From positions 96,001 to 160,000 of the forward strand of contig CAVYBH010000001.1 of NCBI GenBank assembly GCA_963766715.1: a stretch of DNA of 64,000 nt. Direction: 5' to 3'. The notes under the pieces are model-generated. The model saw nothing but the letters and a program-made list of their open reading frames with translations, did no database searches and was not told the DNA's origin. Source of the DNA: an uncultured delta proteobacterium (GTDB taxonomy: Bacteria > Myxococcota > Myxococcia > Myxococcales > Anaeromyxobacteraceae). Within the stretch, counting starts at the first letter, position 1. Each line of letters begins with the position of its first letter. Positions 24,342 through 36,354 of the stretch are shown one piece after another. The position numbers and the translations under genes are program-made.

Positions 24342-26146
24342 ATGCCGCCCGCCGGCGCGTCCCCCCATCTCGCGCAACCCCCGCGCACCCGGATCCCGCC
24401 GGCGCTCGGCGCGGCGCTGCTCGCCGCGGTCCTCTTCCTCCCCGGCCTGGGGTCGGTGGGGCTGTGGGATCCGTGGGAGCCCCATTACGCGCAGGTCTCC
24501 CGCGAGATGATCGCGCGGGCCGACTGGGTCCACCCCCACTGGCGCGAGGCCTGGTTCTTCTCCAAGCCGCCGCTCCTCCTGTGGGCCGGGGCAGCCGGTC
24601 TCGCGCTCGCCGGCGAGGGCCCGCTCTCCGAGTGGGGGCTTCGCCTGCCGGTGGCGCTCCTCGCCATCCTGGGCGTGGCGTTCGCGACCGCGGCGGTGGC
24701 GCGGCTCGCCTCCCGCCGCGCCGCCTGGCTCGCCGGGACGGCGCTCGCCACGGCGCCGTTCGTGGCGCTCTTCGCCCGGCAGGCCGTGCCCGACCTGCCG
24801 CTCACCGTCCTCTCGACGTCGGGCGGCCTGGCCTTCGCCGTCGCGCTCCTCGACGACGACGCGCCGGCGGGCTGGGCGTACGCCGGCTGGGTGCTGCTCG
24901 GCCTGGCGACGCTGGCCAAGGGAGCCATCGGCTTCGCGCTGCCGGCCGGGGCGCTCCTCGCCTGGCTGGTGGTGACGGGCGACTGGAGGCGGGCGGGGCG
25001 GCTGCGGTTCGTGGAGCCGGCGGGGCGCGCCTGGGCGCCGCTCGGGCCGCTCGTCTTCCTCGGCGTGGCCGCGCCCTGGTACGCCGCGATGGCGGGATTC
25101 CCGGGCCAGGACGAGTCGGGGTGGACCTTCCTCCAGCGCTTCTGGCTCCACGACCACCTCCGCCGCTTCGCCGCCGGCGTCCACGCGCCGGTGCCGGGGC
25201 GCGGGTGGCTCGCCTACCTGGGGTGGATCGCCGCCGGCACCTTTCCCTGGGTGGCGGCGCTCCCGGGCGCGATTGGCGAGGCGCTCCGGACCCGCGGCCG
25301 GAGCGGGAGCCCGGCCCAGGGCCTCCTGCTCCTCTGCGCGCTCTGGGCGCTCCTCGGCTACCTGCTGGTCGCGCTCGCCGCCACCTCGTACCCCCACTAC
25401 GTGCTGCCCGTCGTGCCGCCCCTGCTCGTCGCCGCCGCCCTCTTCCTCGACCGCCTCCTCCAGGACGGACTCCCGGCCCATCGCCTGGCCGGGGCGCTCG
25501 GCGGCGCGGCGTTCGCGGCGACCGGCTGGGCGCTGGCCGGCAAGCCCCGCCTCTTCACCGCCCTCTTCACCTACGACCCGCGGCGCGCCTGGCCCGGCGC
25601 GGAGCTGGACGCGCTCCACCCGGTCTTCCAGCTGGGGCCGCTCCCCGTCTCGCTGCGTCCCGGCGCCGTGCTGCTCGCGCTCCTGGGGGCCGGGCTCCTG
25701 GGGTTCGCCGTCTCCGTCCTCCGCCGGTCGGCCCGGGTCGCGGTGGCGCCCTGGCGGGCCTGGCGGTCGTGCTCGCGGCCTGGCTCTCCTGGGTCCACGT
25801 GCCCGAGCTCGCGCCCCACTGGTCGCAGCGGGAGGTCTTCGCCGCGCTGCGATCGGAGGCGCCGGGGCCCGGCGAGCCGGTGGTGGCGTGGCTCATGAAC
25901 TGGCGGGGAGAGACCTTCTACGGCAGGGGGCAGGTGCGGGAGGTGATCGACCCGGCCCGGATGCGCGAGGTGGCGGCGCGCCGGGGCCGGCTCTGGGTGG
26001 TGACCGAGGCGAGGGAGATCCCGTCGCTCCGGAGCGCGATCGGGCCGGCCAAGGAGCTCCGGGTGGCGGGGCCGGCGACCGGGCGCTATCGACTGCTCGA
26101 GCTGACCGACGCATCGCCGGAGGAGCCTGGAGGTCACCATGAGTGA
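24342..26146 (+). CDS. ArnT/PMT-family (GT83/GT39-like) membrane glycosyltransferase (frameshift near 25750)
   Basis: WDPWEPHYAQVSREM, FSKPPL, LAKG, PWY, PHYVLP, many TMs; NWRGETFY tail in a second frame. Confidence 0.85.
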
Positions 26147-26591
26147 AGGACGCGGGCTGGATCGGGGCTGGCTGTGCCAGGCCATCGTCGAGGGGGCCGG
26201 AGACGCCATCCTCTTCGCCGACCGGGACGGGCGGATCCGCTACTGGAACGCCGGGGCCGCCGCCATGTTCGGCTGGAGCGCCGTGGAGGCGATCGGAAAC
26301 TCGATGGACCTGATCATCCCCGAGCGCCAGCGGGCGCGCCACTGGCACGGCTGGGACCAGGTGATGAAGACCGGCCACACCCGCTACGGGAAGGACATCC
26401 TGGCCGTGCCCGGGTCCCGGAAGGACGGCTCCCCGCTCTCCATCGAGTTCACCATCCAGCTGGTCCGGGACGACGCCGGGACCATCCTCGGGGCCTCGGC
26501 CATCATCCGGGACGTCACGGAGCGATGGACGAGGGACCGCGAGACGAGGAAGCGGCTCGCCGACCTCGAGCAGAAGCTGCGCGGGGCCTGA
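26139..26591 (+). CDS. Stand-alone PAS domain protein
   Basis: DAILFADRDGRIRYWNAGAAAMFGWS...IIPER...RKDGS...IIRDVTER. Confidence 0.88.
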   Translation: MSEGRGLDRGWLCQAIVEGAGDAILFADRDGRIRYWNAGAAAMFGWSAVEAIGNSMDLIIPERQRARHWHGWDQVMKTGHTRYGKDILAVPGSRKDGSPLSIEFTIQLVRDDAGTILGASAIIRDVTERWTRDRETRKRLADLEQKLRGA

Positions 26592-28197
26592 TCACCACCC
26601 CGCGCCGTCGAAGCGGGCCTTCGCGGTCCGGGCGATCGACCCGGGCGAGATGGGGGCCACGCCGGCCGCGCGGGCCAGGTCGTCGACGTGCGCCAACCCT
26701 CCCGGCTCCCACATCCGGGCCAGCCAGGCCGGGGCTCCGCTCCAGCGCCACCACGGGCCTGCGCCCTGGTTCGCCAGCGCCGCCTCGATCTGCGCGGCGA
26801 GCAGCGCGGCCCGGAGCGAATCGGCCGAGCCGAGGAGCGGGTCACGCTGCAGCGGCCAGTGCGCGGCCTCCTGGGCGTCGACCGGGTGGCACAGGGCGCG
26901 CGAGAGGATCTTCGCGTCCCCCGCCGCGCCGGGCGTCCCGCCGCGGGCGCGATCGATCTCGCGCAGCAGCCGGGCCGCCTGCATGCGGACGGCGTGCAGG
27001 CGATCCGCCTGCGCCGCCCGGATCTCCCTCGCCAGCTCGTGGCCGACGATCCCGGAGCGGTCGTGGAGCCAGGCGGGGTCGGAGGCGAGGGCCTCGAGCA
27101 GGAAGCCCCAGGTGGCGGAGGCCGCCGGCGATCCGAGGCGTCGAGCCTCCACGCCCTCGGCCCGGATGCCCGAGAGGAAGAGCGCCACGCCCAGCTCGTG
27201 GAGGAAGGCGCGTGCCTCGGAGGCCCCGCCGGAGGGGAGGGCGGAGAGCCGCACGTCGCCGGGGACCTGCACGGGAACCGTGAGTGGCCGCTGGCTCTTC
27301 CTCGGCGCGGGGCGGTCGTCGAGCTTCACCCGGGAAGCCAGGTCGACGCCGGCCGCGGCGGCGGCGGCCTGCCCGTCGGGCACCAGGCGCGCGGCGGGGT
27401 GGGCCTTCGGCTCGTGGGAGGCCCGGAGCATGCGGGGCAGGTCGCGCATCCGGGTGGCGGAGAGCGGCACGCCGACCTCGCGGCGCGCCAGCTGATCCGC
27501 GGCGGCGCAGTAGGCCGGGCCGGTGGCGTCGAGCGTCGCCGACGCGAGCGCGGCCAGGTCGTCCGCCCGGGCGCCCCGAAGCGCCTGGGCCACCGAGTCG
27601 ACGTCCGGCATCCCGAGCTTCGCCGCCGCCGCGGTGAGGGCGGTCGCGTCGGCGTCCGCGCTCCGGGCGGCCCGCAGCGCGGCCGGTGCCCGCGCGGCGT
27701 CGAGGTTCGCGCGCCGGCCCGCATCCGGCTCGGCGGCGAGCAGGGCCGGAGACCTCCCGCAGCGCGACCGTCCGGCCGTCGAAGGAGAAGGAGAGGTCGA
27801 CCGGGGCGCCGCCGGCCGCCGGGGCGACGGATGCGGCGAGCACCTCGCCCACCAGGAAGTCCCGGAGCATGCCGCGGCGGGCGCGCTCGGCCGGATCCCC
27901 GGCCGGCGCCAGCGCGTCGAGCGCCCGCAGCGCCGAGCCGTCGGAGAGCCACTCCCGGCCGGCGTGGGGCGCCGCCACGTCGAGCGGGGCGCCGGTGGTC
28001 CAGGCCGTCCAGGTGGCCTCGCCCTGCGCGGCCAGCAGCCCGTCCACGTCGGCGCGGAGGCGGCGGAGCAGCGCCTCGTCGGGCGGGATCGACCGGCGCG
28101 GCGGGGGCACCGGGGGCGGAGGCGCGGGAGCCGGGAGCGGTTCGGGCGCGTGGGCGCAGGCGGTCGCCCACAGGAGCAGCGGGAGGAGTCTCTTCAC
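26592..28197 (-). CDS. Lipoprotein, M3-peptidase-like with degenerate zinc motif (frameshift near 27750)
   Basis: Lipobox-like WATAC; KSQRPLTVPVQVPGDVRL; FLHELGVAL where HExxH is expected. Confidence 0.55.
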
Positions 28198-28249
28198 CGG
28201 GACATGCTACCCGGGGGCGGCCGCGCCGGCGACCCGTTAAGCTGTCCCC

Positions 28250-29303
28250 GTGACGATCTCGCGGATCGAGGCGGCCCGTGCCCGCGCCCGCCTCCAGGGC
28301 GCGGTGCGGGCGCACCTGTCCGCGCGCGGCTTCGACGAGGTGGAGACGCCGTGCCTCGTCCCCGCCCCGGGCATGGAGCCGCACATCCGGGCGTTCCAGA
28401 CCATCGTTCGTCCCCGAGACGGCGGGCGCGCTGCGCACGCTCTGGCTCCACTCGAGCCCCGAGTACGCGATGAAGCGCCTGCTCGCCGAGGGGTTCGAGC
28501 GCATCTTCCAGGTCGCCCGCGTCTTTCGCGACGGCGAGGTGTCGTCCACGCACAACCCCGAGTTCACCATGCTGGAGATGTACCGGGCCGGCACCGACCA
28601 CCGGGGCATCATGGAGGACCTGGAGGCGGCGGTGGAGGCCGGCGCCCGGGCCCTTCACCCGGAGGGCGGGACCCGGTTTCGCTGGCGCGGCCACACGGTG
28701 GACTTCGCGGCGCCCTTCGACCGGGTGGAGGTGGCCGCCGCCTTCGCCCGCGCGGGCGTGGATCTGGAAACCTGCGGGACCGACGCCCGGTGCCTGCGCG
28801 CCGCCGCCCTGGCCCGCGGCCTCGACGCCGGCCCGGAGGGGGAGGGGTTCGACGACGTCTTCTTCCGGATCTTCCTGCAGGCCATCGAGCCCGCCCTCGG
28901 CCATTCACGGCCGGTGTACCTGGTCGACTGGCCGGCTCCCATGGCCGCGCTGGCCCGAATCCGGCGCGACGACCCGCGCTGGGCCGAGCGCTTCGAGCTC
29001 TACGCCGCGGGGCTGGAGCTCGCGAACGGCTTCGCCGAGCTGAACGACGCCGCCGAGCAGCGCCGCCGGCTGCTCGCCGAGCAGGGGGAGCGGCGCCGCC
29101 TGGGGCGCCCGGCCTATCCCCTCGACGAGCGGTTCCTCGAGGCGGTGGGGCGCATGCCCGACGCCGGCGGGGTGGCGCTCGGGCTCGACCGGCTGCTCAT
29201 GCTCCTCACCGGGGCCGACCGGATCCGGGACGTGCTGCTCTTCCCGGCCGAGGACTTCCTCTCCCCACCGGACGTCAGGGAACCCGGAGGATCAGGCACT
29301 TGA
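28250..29303 (+). CDS. epmA: EF-P lysine aminoacylase EpmA/GenX (frameshift near 28405)
   Basis: EVETP, HSSPEYAMKRLLA, FRDGE, HNPEFTMLE, ERFELY, ELANGF, GVALGLDRL; no anticodon-binding domain. Confidence 0.9.
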
Positions 29304-30450
29304 GGTAGCGGCTCTCCGGCATGCCGAGCCGCTCGGGGTGGTCGCGACCCGCGCCCCGGCGCTCCAGCACCTGCACGGCCCGTCCGGCGTCACGCGCGGC
29401 GTCGAGCACGACCTCCTCGAAGGCCTCGGCCGAGACGTGGAAGCTGCACGACGCGGTGACGAGCACGCCGCCCGGGCGGAGCGACTGGAAGGCCCGGAGG
29501 TTCACCTCCTTGTAGCCGCGCTTGGCGGCGTCCACGGAGGCCTTGCCCTTCGCGAAGGCGGGCGGATCGAGGACGATGGTGTCCCAGGACCGCCCCTTGT
29601 CCGCCTCGTCGCGCAGGAAGTCGAAGGCGTTCTGCTCCTCCACCCGCACGTTCCCGGCGCCGTTCAGCGCCGCGTTCTCCCGGAGCATGGCCGCCGCCTG
29701 CGGCTGCATCTCCACCGCCACCACCTCGTCGGCCCGGGCCGCGAGCTGGAGCGCGAATCCGCCCGCGTAGGCGAAGCAGTCGAGCGCGCGCCCCTGGGCG
29801 TACTCGCCGGCGCGCAGGTGGTTCTCCTGCTGGTCGAGGAAGGACCCGGTCTTCTGGCCGGCGAGCAGGTCGAGCCGGAAGCGGATGCGCCCCTCGGCGA
29901 CCTCCACGGGACCGGGGTCGGCGCCGAGGAGGACGCCCTTCACCTGGGCGAGCCCCTCCAGCTCCCGGACCCGGACGTCGTTGCGCTCGAGGACCGCGCG
30001 CAGCCCGAGCTCCTTCGCGAGCAGCGCGGCGATCAGCTCCTTGCGGCGGTCGGTGCCCGGGACGAGCGTCTGGACGACGCCCACGTCCCCGTAGCGATCG
30101 GCCACCAGGCCCGGGAGGAGGTCCGACTCGCCGTGGACGGCGCGCCAGAGGGTCCCGTCGCCGAAGGCCCGGCGGCGCAGCGCCGCGGCGGAAGCGATCC
30201 GGCGCGCGAAGAAGTCCTCGTCGATGGGCTCCTCCTCGCGGGTGAGGAGCCGGATGGAGATCTGGGAGCGCTCCGACCAGAAGGCCTTCCCCTGGAAGCG
30301 ACCCCGGCCGTCGACCAGCGCGACCGCGTCGCCGGAGGCGGCGGGCGGCGGCTTCTCCACGTCCGACTTGTAGACCCAGGGATGGCCCTTCTGCAGCCGG
30401 TCCACCCCCTTGCGCGAGAGGACCGCCACCGGCTCGGCGAAGTGGCTCAC
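29275..30450 (-). CDS. RlmI-like class I SAM-dependent rRNA methyltransferase
   Basis: GHPWVY, HGESDLLPGL, GQKTGSFLDQ, LDCFAYAGGF, VLDPPAF, YLK. Confidence 0.88.
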   Translation of the reverse strand: MSHFAEPVAVLSRKGVDRLQKGHPWVYKSDVEKPPPAASGDAVALVDGRGRFQGKAFWSERSQISIRLLTREEEPIDEDFFARRIASAAALRRRAFGDGTLWRAVHGESDLLPGLVADRYGDVGVVQTLVPGTDRRKELIAALLAKELGLRAVLERNDVRVRELEGLAQVKGVLLGADPGPVEVAEGRIRFRLDLLAGQKTGSFLDQQENHLRAGEYAQGRALDCFAYAGGFALQLAARADEVVAVEMQPQAAAMLRENAALNGAGNVRVEEQNAFDFLRDEADKGRSWDTIVLDPPAFAKGKASVDAAKRGYKEVNLRAFQSLRPGGVLVTASCSFHVSAEAFEEVVLDAARDAGRAVQVLERRGAGRDHPERLGMPESRYLKCLILRVP

Positions 30451-30461
30451 TCGATCTCCCT

Positions 30462-31535
<1,074 letters not shown>

Positions 31536-33695
31536 CTACCGCGGCTGGGCGTCGAGGGCCTTCCTGGCGTCCTCGAGGAGTGCGCGGGTGGAGAGGGGCT
31601 GGCCGGTGGCGTTCTGCATCCAGAGGTCCGGCGTCACGGACCCGAAGGTCGACATGCGCTCGAACTCCGGACCCACCTTGCCGGCCTTCGAGAACCGCTC
31701 CTCCAGCTGGGCGGCGATGATGTGCCCCAGCGGGTAGTCGGCCAGGTAGAGCGGCTCCTCGACCATGTGGCTGTAGACCGCCAGGATCGGGACGTCGCGC
31801 ACGCCGAAGACCGGCGCGTACCAGCGGTTCCAGACCTCCTTCGCCATGGACACCACGGCCTCGCGCAGCTGCGCCGCGGTCGCGTCGGGATGGGCGTAGA
31901 GCCACTTCCAGGCCTGGATGTCGACGAGCGCCACGCCGGCGATCTCGTAGGCGTTCCAGAGGTCCTCGATGGCCTCCAGCCGGCGCTCGGCCTCGGTGGG
32001 CGGCGGCAGCCCGAGCAGCTCGAGGTTCCGCGACTGGAAGACGAAGGCGAGCGCCTCGGTGAAGGCGTTGTTGGGCACCCCGGAGAGCAGGGTGTGGTCG
32101 ACGCCGTACAGGGAGAAGACCTGCTCGACGTTGTGCCCCATCTCGTGGATGGCGATGTTGTAGCCCTTGTAGTCCATGCCGTCCGGGCCCACCCGCGTGC
32201 GCAGGCGGGGCTTGTCGTCGCGCGTGGCCGCCTGCATGGCGTGGCCGGAGCCGCGGGCGGGGTCGACGGCGATGCGGTCGGAGAGCCAGGCCGCCTTCTC
32301 CGGGGAGAAGCCGAGACCCTGCAGGAGGCGAGGCATGTCGGCCGCGAAGGCCTGGGGGGTCGGGTATCGCTTGCGGGTGATCGCGTCGAGCTCGGATTCC
32401 GGCCGGCCCGGCGGCGTGAACCCGGCGTACCAGATGTCGAAGGGCTCGAGCGGGCGGCCCAGCCGGGCGGCCACCAGCTTCCCGGTCCGGGCCACGAGCG
32501 GCGAGGAGAGGATCTCCTCCAGCATCCCGACCAGCCGCGCCTCCGGGATCTCCCGGTCCACCTGGAACTTCCTGGCGATGGCGCTCGGCGCGGTGGGCGT
32601 GAAGGGGTCCGCGGCGCGCGCCGCGTGGAAGTTCTCGAGCAGGACGGCGTAGCGGGTGTCCGGCTCCCGGGCGGGATCGGCCTGGGCGGGCGGCGGCAGG
32701 CCGCCCTCGATCTCGGCGGCGGGGGAGGGGCGGACCTCGTTCGTGAACGGGTTCCAGTCCACCAGCGGGGAATTGACGGCGGAGAGGGGGATCTCCTGGG
32801 TGACGATCCGCTCCATGGCCCGGGCCAGCGCGCGCTGCCGGGCCAGCCCGCCGGGCTGGCCGTAGAGGGACTTCACCTCGTCCCGCAGGTTCCAGTGGGA
32901 GAGCAGCCGCTTGCCCTTCGGGAAGAGCCGCTCCCCGGATCCGTCGACGAGGTGATGCGCGAAGAGGTTGTAGTCGGCCACGTAGGCCTGGGCCTCGGTG
33001 TAGGCCGCCCAGATCTGCTGCTTCACCGGCGCGGGGACCCGGGCGGCCAGGCCGCCGTCGGAGGCGCCGATGAGCGCACCCCGGCGCCCCATCAGGCGGG
33101 CCTCGGCCCAGCGCCGCCGCGACCAGGAGCCGCCCTGGGCGAGCCGCTCGTCGAGGGTGGTGAGCGGGAAGTTGAGCAGCGCCACGAAGGCCAGCTTCGA
33201 GTCGTAGAGGTCGTCGTTCAGGTGGGCGCCGGTGTCGAAGGCGGCGAAGAGCGCGTCCACCGGGACCTGCGGGCCGATGTCGAGCACGGCGTGGCGGGCC
33301 AGCGTGCGGTTCGCCTGCAGGAAGCGGCCGTCGACCTCCTCCAGGTTCTCCTCGAAGCGCGCGAGCGTCGCGAGCAGGACCGCGTCGTCGGCGACGAACT
33401 GCGCGAGCGCGAACGCCTCGAAGGCCGCCGGCGAGCCGTCGGCGCGGCGCCAGTAGCGGGCCGCCTGGTCGACGCCGCGCTCGATCCGGGCCCGCTGCGC
33501 CTCCCCGTGCCGGGCGAGCAGCGCTCCCTTGGCGCGGGTCGCGGCGGAGGCCATGGCAGGATCGGCCGCCGGCGCGGGGACGGAGGCGGGAGCGGCCGCC
33601 GCGGCGGGGGCCGCGGGAGGGGCGGGCGTCGCGGGAACGGGTGCGGCCGCCGCGTCCGGCGCGGCGAGGACGAGGGCGGCGAGGAGCGCGAGCAT
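31536..33695 (-). CDS. Secreted M3-like zinc metallopeptidase (uncharacterised)
   Basis: Signal peptide, Ala/Pro linker, IHEMGHN, downstream NNAFTEALA, later YSH...Y..DYPLG. Confidence 0.68.
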   Translation of the reverse strand: MLALLAALVLAAPDAAAAPVPATPAPPAAPAAAAAPASVPAPAADPAMASAATRAKGALLARHGEAQRARIERGVDQAARYWRRADGSPAAFEAFALAQFVADDAVLLATLARFEENLEEVDGRFLQANRTLARHAVLDIGPQVPVDALFAAFDTGAHLNDDLYDSKLAFVALLNFPLTTLDERLAQGGSWSRRRWAEARLMGRRGALIGASDGGLAARVPAPVKQQIWAAYTEAQAYVADYNLFAHHLVDGSGERLFPKGKRLLSHWNLRDEVKSLYGQPGGLARQRALARAMERIVTQEIPLSAVNSPLVDWNPFTNEVRPSPAAEIEGGLPPPAQADPAREPDTRYAVLLENFHAARAADPFTPTAPSAIARKFQVDREIPEARLVGMLEEILSSPLVARTGKLVAARLGRPLEPFDIWYAGFTPPGRPESELDAITRKRYPTPQAFAADMPRLLQGLGFSPEKAAWLSDRIAVDPARGSGHAMQAATRDDKPRLRTRVGPDGMDYKGYNIAIHEMGHNVEQVFSLYGVDHTLLSGVPNNAFTEALAFVFQSRNLELLGLPPPTEAERRLEAIEDLWNAYEIAGVALVDIQAWKWLYAHPDATAAQLREAVVSMAKEVWNRWYAPVFGVRDVPILAVYSHMVEEPLYLADYPLGHIIAAQLEERFSKAGKVGPEFERMSTFGSVTPDLWMQNATGQPLSTRALLEDARKALDAQPR

Positions 33696-33706
33696 GTGGG
33701 TCCCTT

Positions 33707-34870
33707 CTAGCGCGCGGCGGCGAAGCCCCGCTCCAGGTCTTCCAGCAGGTCCTCGGCGTTCTCGATGCCCACCGAGACCCGGATGAACCCGTCGTCGATG
33801 CCGAGCGCGGCCCGCGTCGCGGGCGGGACGCTCGCGTGGGTCATGATGGCCGGGTGCTCGATGAGGCTCTCCACGCCGCCCAGCGACTCGGCGAGCGCGA
33901 AGACCTGGAGCGAGGAGAGGAAGGCGCGCGCCGCGGGCAGCCCGCCGCGGATCACGAAGGTCAGCATCCCGCCGAACCCGCGCATCTGGCGCCGGGCCAG
34001 GTCGTGCTGCGGGTGGGAGGGCAGCCCGGGGTAGGTGACCTTCTCCACCTGGGGGTGCCCCTCGAGGAAGCGGGCGACCCGGAACGCGTTCTCCTGGTGG
34101 CGCTCCATCCGGACGTGCAGGGTCTTCAGCCCCCGCATCACCAGGAAGGAGTCCATGGGGGAAGGCACCCCGCCCACCGCGTTCTGGAGGAACTGCATGC
34201 GCTGGTACAGCCCGGCGTCGGAGGTGAGGACCGCGCCGCCCACCACGTCGGAGTGGCCGTTCAGGTACTTGGTCGTGGAGTGGCAGACCAGGTCGATCCC
34301 CAGCTCGAGCGGCCGCTGGAAGAACGGCGTGGCGAAGGTGTTGTCGACCACGCTGGTCGCGCCCCGGGCCCGGGCGATGGCCGCGATGGCCGCCAGGTCG
34401 GCGATCTTGAGCATGGGGTTGGTCGGCGTCTCCAGCCAGACCAGCCGCGTGCGCGGCGTCATGGCCCGCTCGACGTTTCCCGGGTCGCAGGCGTCGACCG
34501 GCGTGAAGGAGAGGCCGTGGCGCCGGAAGACCTTGTCGAAGAGGCGGAAGGTCCCGCCGTAGACGTCGTCCGAGTAGACGACGTGGTCGCCGGCGTCGAG
34601 CAGGTGGAGGATGGCGTCGGTGGCCGCCAGCCCCGAGGCGAAGGCCAGGCCGTGCCGGGCTCCCTCGAGCGCCGCCAGGCAGTCCTGGAGGGCGTGCCGG
34701 GTCAGGTTGTGCGTGCGCGAGTACTCGTAGCCCTTGTGCTCTCCCGGCGCCGACTGGGCGTAGGTCGAGGTCAGGTACACCGGCGTCATGACCGCGCCGG
34801 TCACCGGGTCCGGGCGCTGGCCGGCGTGGATGGCGAGCGTCTCGAAGCGTGCGCCCTTCTCGTCGCTCAC
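33707..34870 (-). CDS. Cystathionine gamma-lyase/synthase
   Basis: YEYSR, FASG, ETPTNP, DNTFATP, HSTTKYLNGHSD, LAESLGGVESL, RVSVGIE. Confidence 0.92.
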   Translation of the reverse strand: MSDEKGARFETLAIHAGQRPDPVTGAVMTPVYLTSTYAQSAPGEHKGYEYSRTHNLTRHALQDCLAALEGARHGLAFASGLAATDAILHLLDAGDHVVYSDDVYGGTFRLFDKVFRRHGLSFTPVDACDPGNVERAMTPRTRLVWLETPTNPMLKIADLAAIAAIARARGATSVVDNTFATPFFQRPLELGIDLVCHSTTKYLNGHSDVVGGAVLTSDAGLYQRMQFLQNAVGGVPSPMDSFLVMRGLKTLHVRMERHQENAFRVARFLEGHPQVEKVTYPGLPSHPQHDLARRQMRGFGGMLTFVIRGGLPAARAFLSSLQVFALAESLGGVESLIEHPAIMTHASVPPATRAALGIDDGFIRVSVGIENAEDLLEDLERGFAAAR

Positions 34871-36246
34871 TGGAGCTTCTCCCCGAGGAACTCGATGAGG
34901 TCGATCTTGGTGAGGATGCCGGTCACCTTCTCCCCCTCCTTCACGACGGCCACGTTGTCGTCGTTGAAGATGGCGCGGAGCCGGGCGATGGGGGTGTCGA
35001 GGGCGACCACGCCCTGGAGCGGCTGCACCAGCGGCTCCACCACCTCGGTGAGGCGGTGCTTGCCCTCGATGAGGAAGTTGAGCAGGTCGTACTCGTGGAT
35101 CATGCCGATGGTGCGCCCCTCGTCGTCGATCACCGGCATCTGGGAGATGTCGTTGGCGCGCATCATCTTCACCACCGCCTCCACCTTGTCGGTGCGCCGG
35201 GCGTGGATCACCCCGCCGCGCCGGGTGCCCAGCACGTCGGACACCGTGGCGCCGGCCACCGAGTCGCCGCTCTCCACCGGGAAGCCGTTGTCGCGCATCC
35301 ACTCGTCGGAGAAGAACTTGGAGATGTAGGCCCGGCCGGTGTCGGGCAGAGGCACCACGACGACCTTGTCCGGCCCCATCTCCTTGGCGATCTGGACGGC
35401 CACGTGGACGGCCGCGCCGGAGCTTCCCCCGGCGAAGATGCCCTCCTCCCGCGCCAGGCGCCGGGCCATGGAGAAGGCCTGCGCGTCGTTCACCTGCCGG
35501 ACGTCGTCGAGGACCGACAGGTCCATGGCGCCGCACATCATGTCCTCGCCGATGCCCTCGACCTTGTAGACGCGGGGCTCGGACATCTTCCCGGTCTTCC
35601 ACATCGAGAAGTAGATGGAGCCCACCGGGTCCACGCCCACGTTGCGGATCCCCGGGCGCTTCTCCTTGAAGAAGCGGCCGCAGCCGGACATCGTGCCGCC
35701 CGTGCCGATGCCGGCCACGAAGGCGTCGAACGCGCCGCCGGTCTGCTCCCAGATCTCCGGCGCGGTGACCTGGTAGTGGGCCTCGACGTTGTCGGGGTTG
35801 TGGTACTGGTTCACGTAGAAGCTGTTGGGCGTCTCGGCGGCGATCCGCTTGGCCACCGAGTAGTAGCTCTCCGGCGAGTCGGCCGGGACGTTCGTCGGGG
35901 TCACCACCACCTGGGCGCCGAAGGCCTTCAGCGTGTCCTGCTTCTCCTTCGACATCTTGTCCGGCATGGTGAAGATGCAGCGGTACCCCTTCACGGCCGC
36001 GGCGATGGCGAGGCCGACCCCGGTGTTCCCGCTGGTGTTCTCCACGATGGTCGACCCCTTGCGGAGCAACCCGGCCTTCTCGGCCTTCTCCAGGATGTGC
36101 AGCGCCATGCGGTCCTTGATGGAGCCGCCCGGATTCATGTACTCGAGCTTCACCAGCACGGTGGCGGCGCCCGGGGGCACGACCTTGGCCAGCTTCACGA
36201 GGGGTGTGTGACCGATGGCGGACAGGACGTCGGCGTGGAAGGCCAT
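34867..36246 (-). CDS. Cystathionine beta-synthase with C-terminal CBS pair
   Basis: KLEYMNPGGSIKDR, TSGNTG, GTGGT, YKVEGIG, YISKFFSDEWM; CBS domains. Confidence 0.92.
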   Translation of the reverse strand: MAFHADVLSAIGHTPLVKLAKVVPPGAATVLVKLEYMNPGGSIKDRMALHILEKAEKAGLLRKGSTIVENTSGNTGVGLAIAAAVKGYRCIFTMPDKMSKEKQDTLKAFGAQVVVTPTNVPADSPESYYSVAKRIAAETPNSFYVNQYHNPDNVEAHYQVTAPEIWEQTGGAFDAFVAGIGTGGTMSGCGRFFKEKRPGIRNVGVDPVGSIYFSMWKTGKMSEPRVYKVEGIGEDMMCGAMDLSVLDDVRQVNDAQAFSMARRLAREEGIFAGGSSGAAVHVAVQIAKEMGPDKVVVVPLPDTGRAYISKFFSDEWMRDNGFPVESGDSVAGATVSDVLGTRRGGVIHARRTDKVEAVVKMMRANDISQMPVIDDEGRTIGMIHEYDLLNFLIEGKHRLTEVVEPLVQPLQGVVALDTPIARLRAIFNDDNVAVVKEGEKVTGILTKIDLIEFLGEKLQ

Positions 36247-36287
36247 GCGGGATCTCCCGGAATGCCAGGATTGGCGGGGGTTCGAGC

Positions 36288-36317
36288 CTTATAGGACCCG
36301 TTCCGACGGGGTGTCAA
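36288..36317 (-). promoter_or_regulatory. Sigma70-type promoter for CBS-CGL operon
   Basis: Minus strand TTGACA (36317-36312), 18 nt, TATAAG (36293-36288). Confidence 0.65.
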
Positions 36318-36354
36318 CGCGCCGGTCCGGCGGTCCGGCGGGGAGGAGAACCGG

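Noticed and set aside
33550..33660. Low-complexity GC-rich repeats
   Set aside because: Ala/Pro linker coding sequence, not an array
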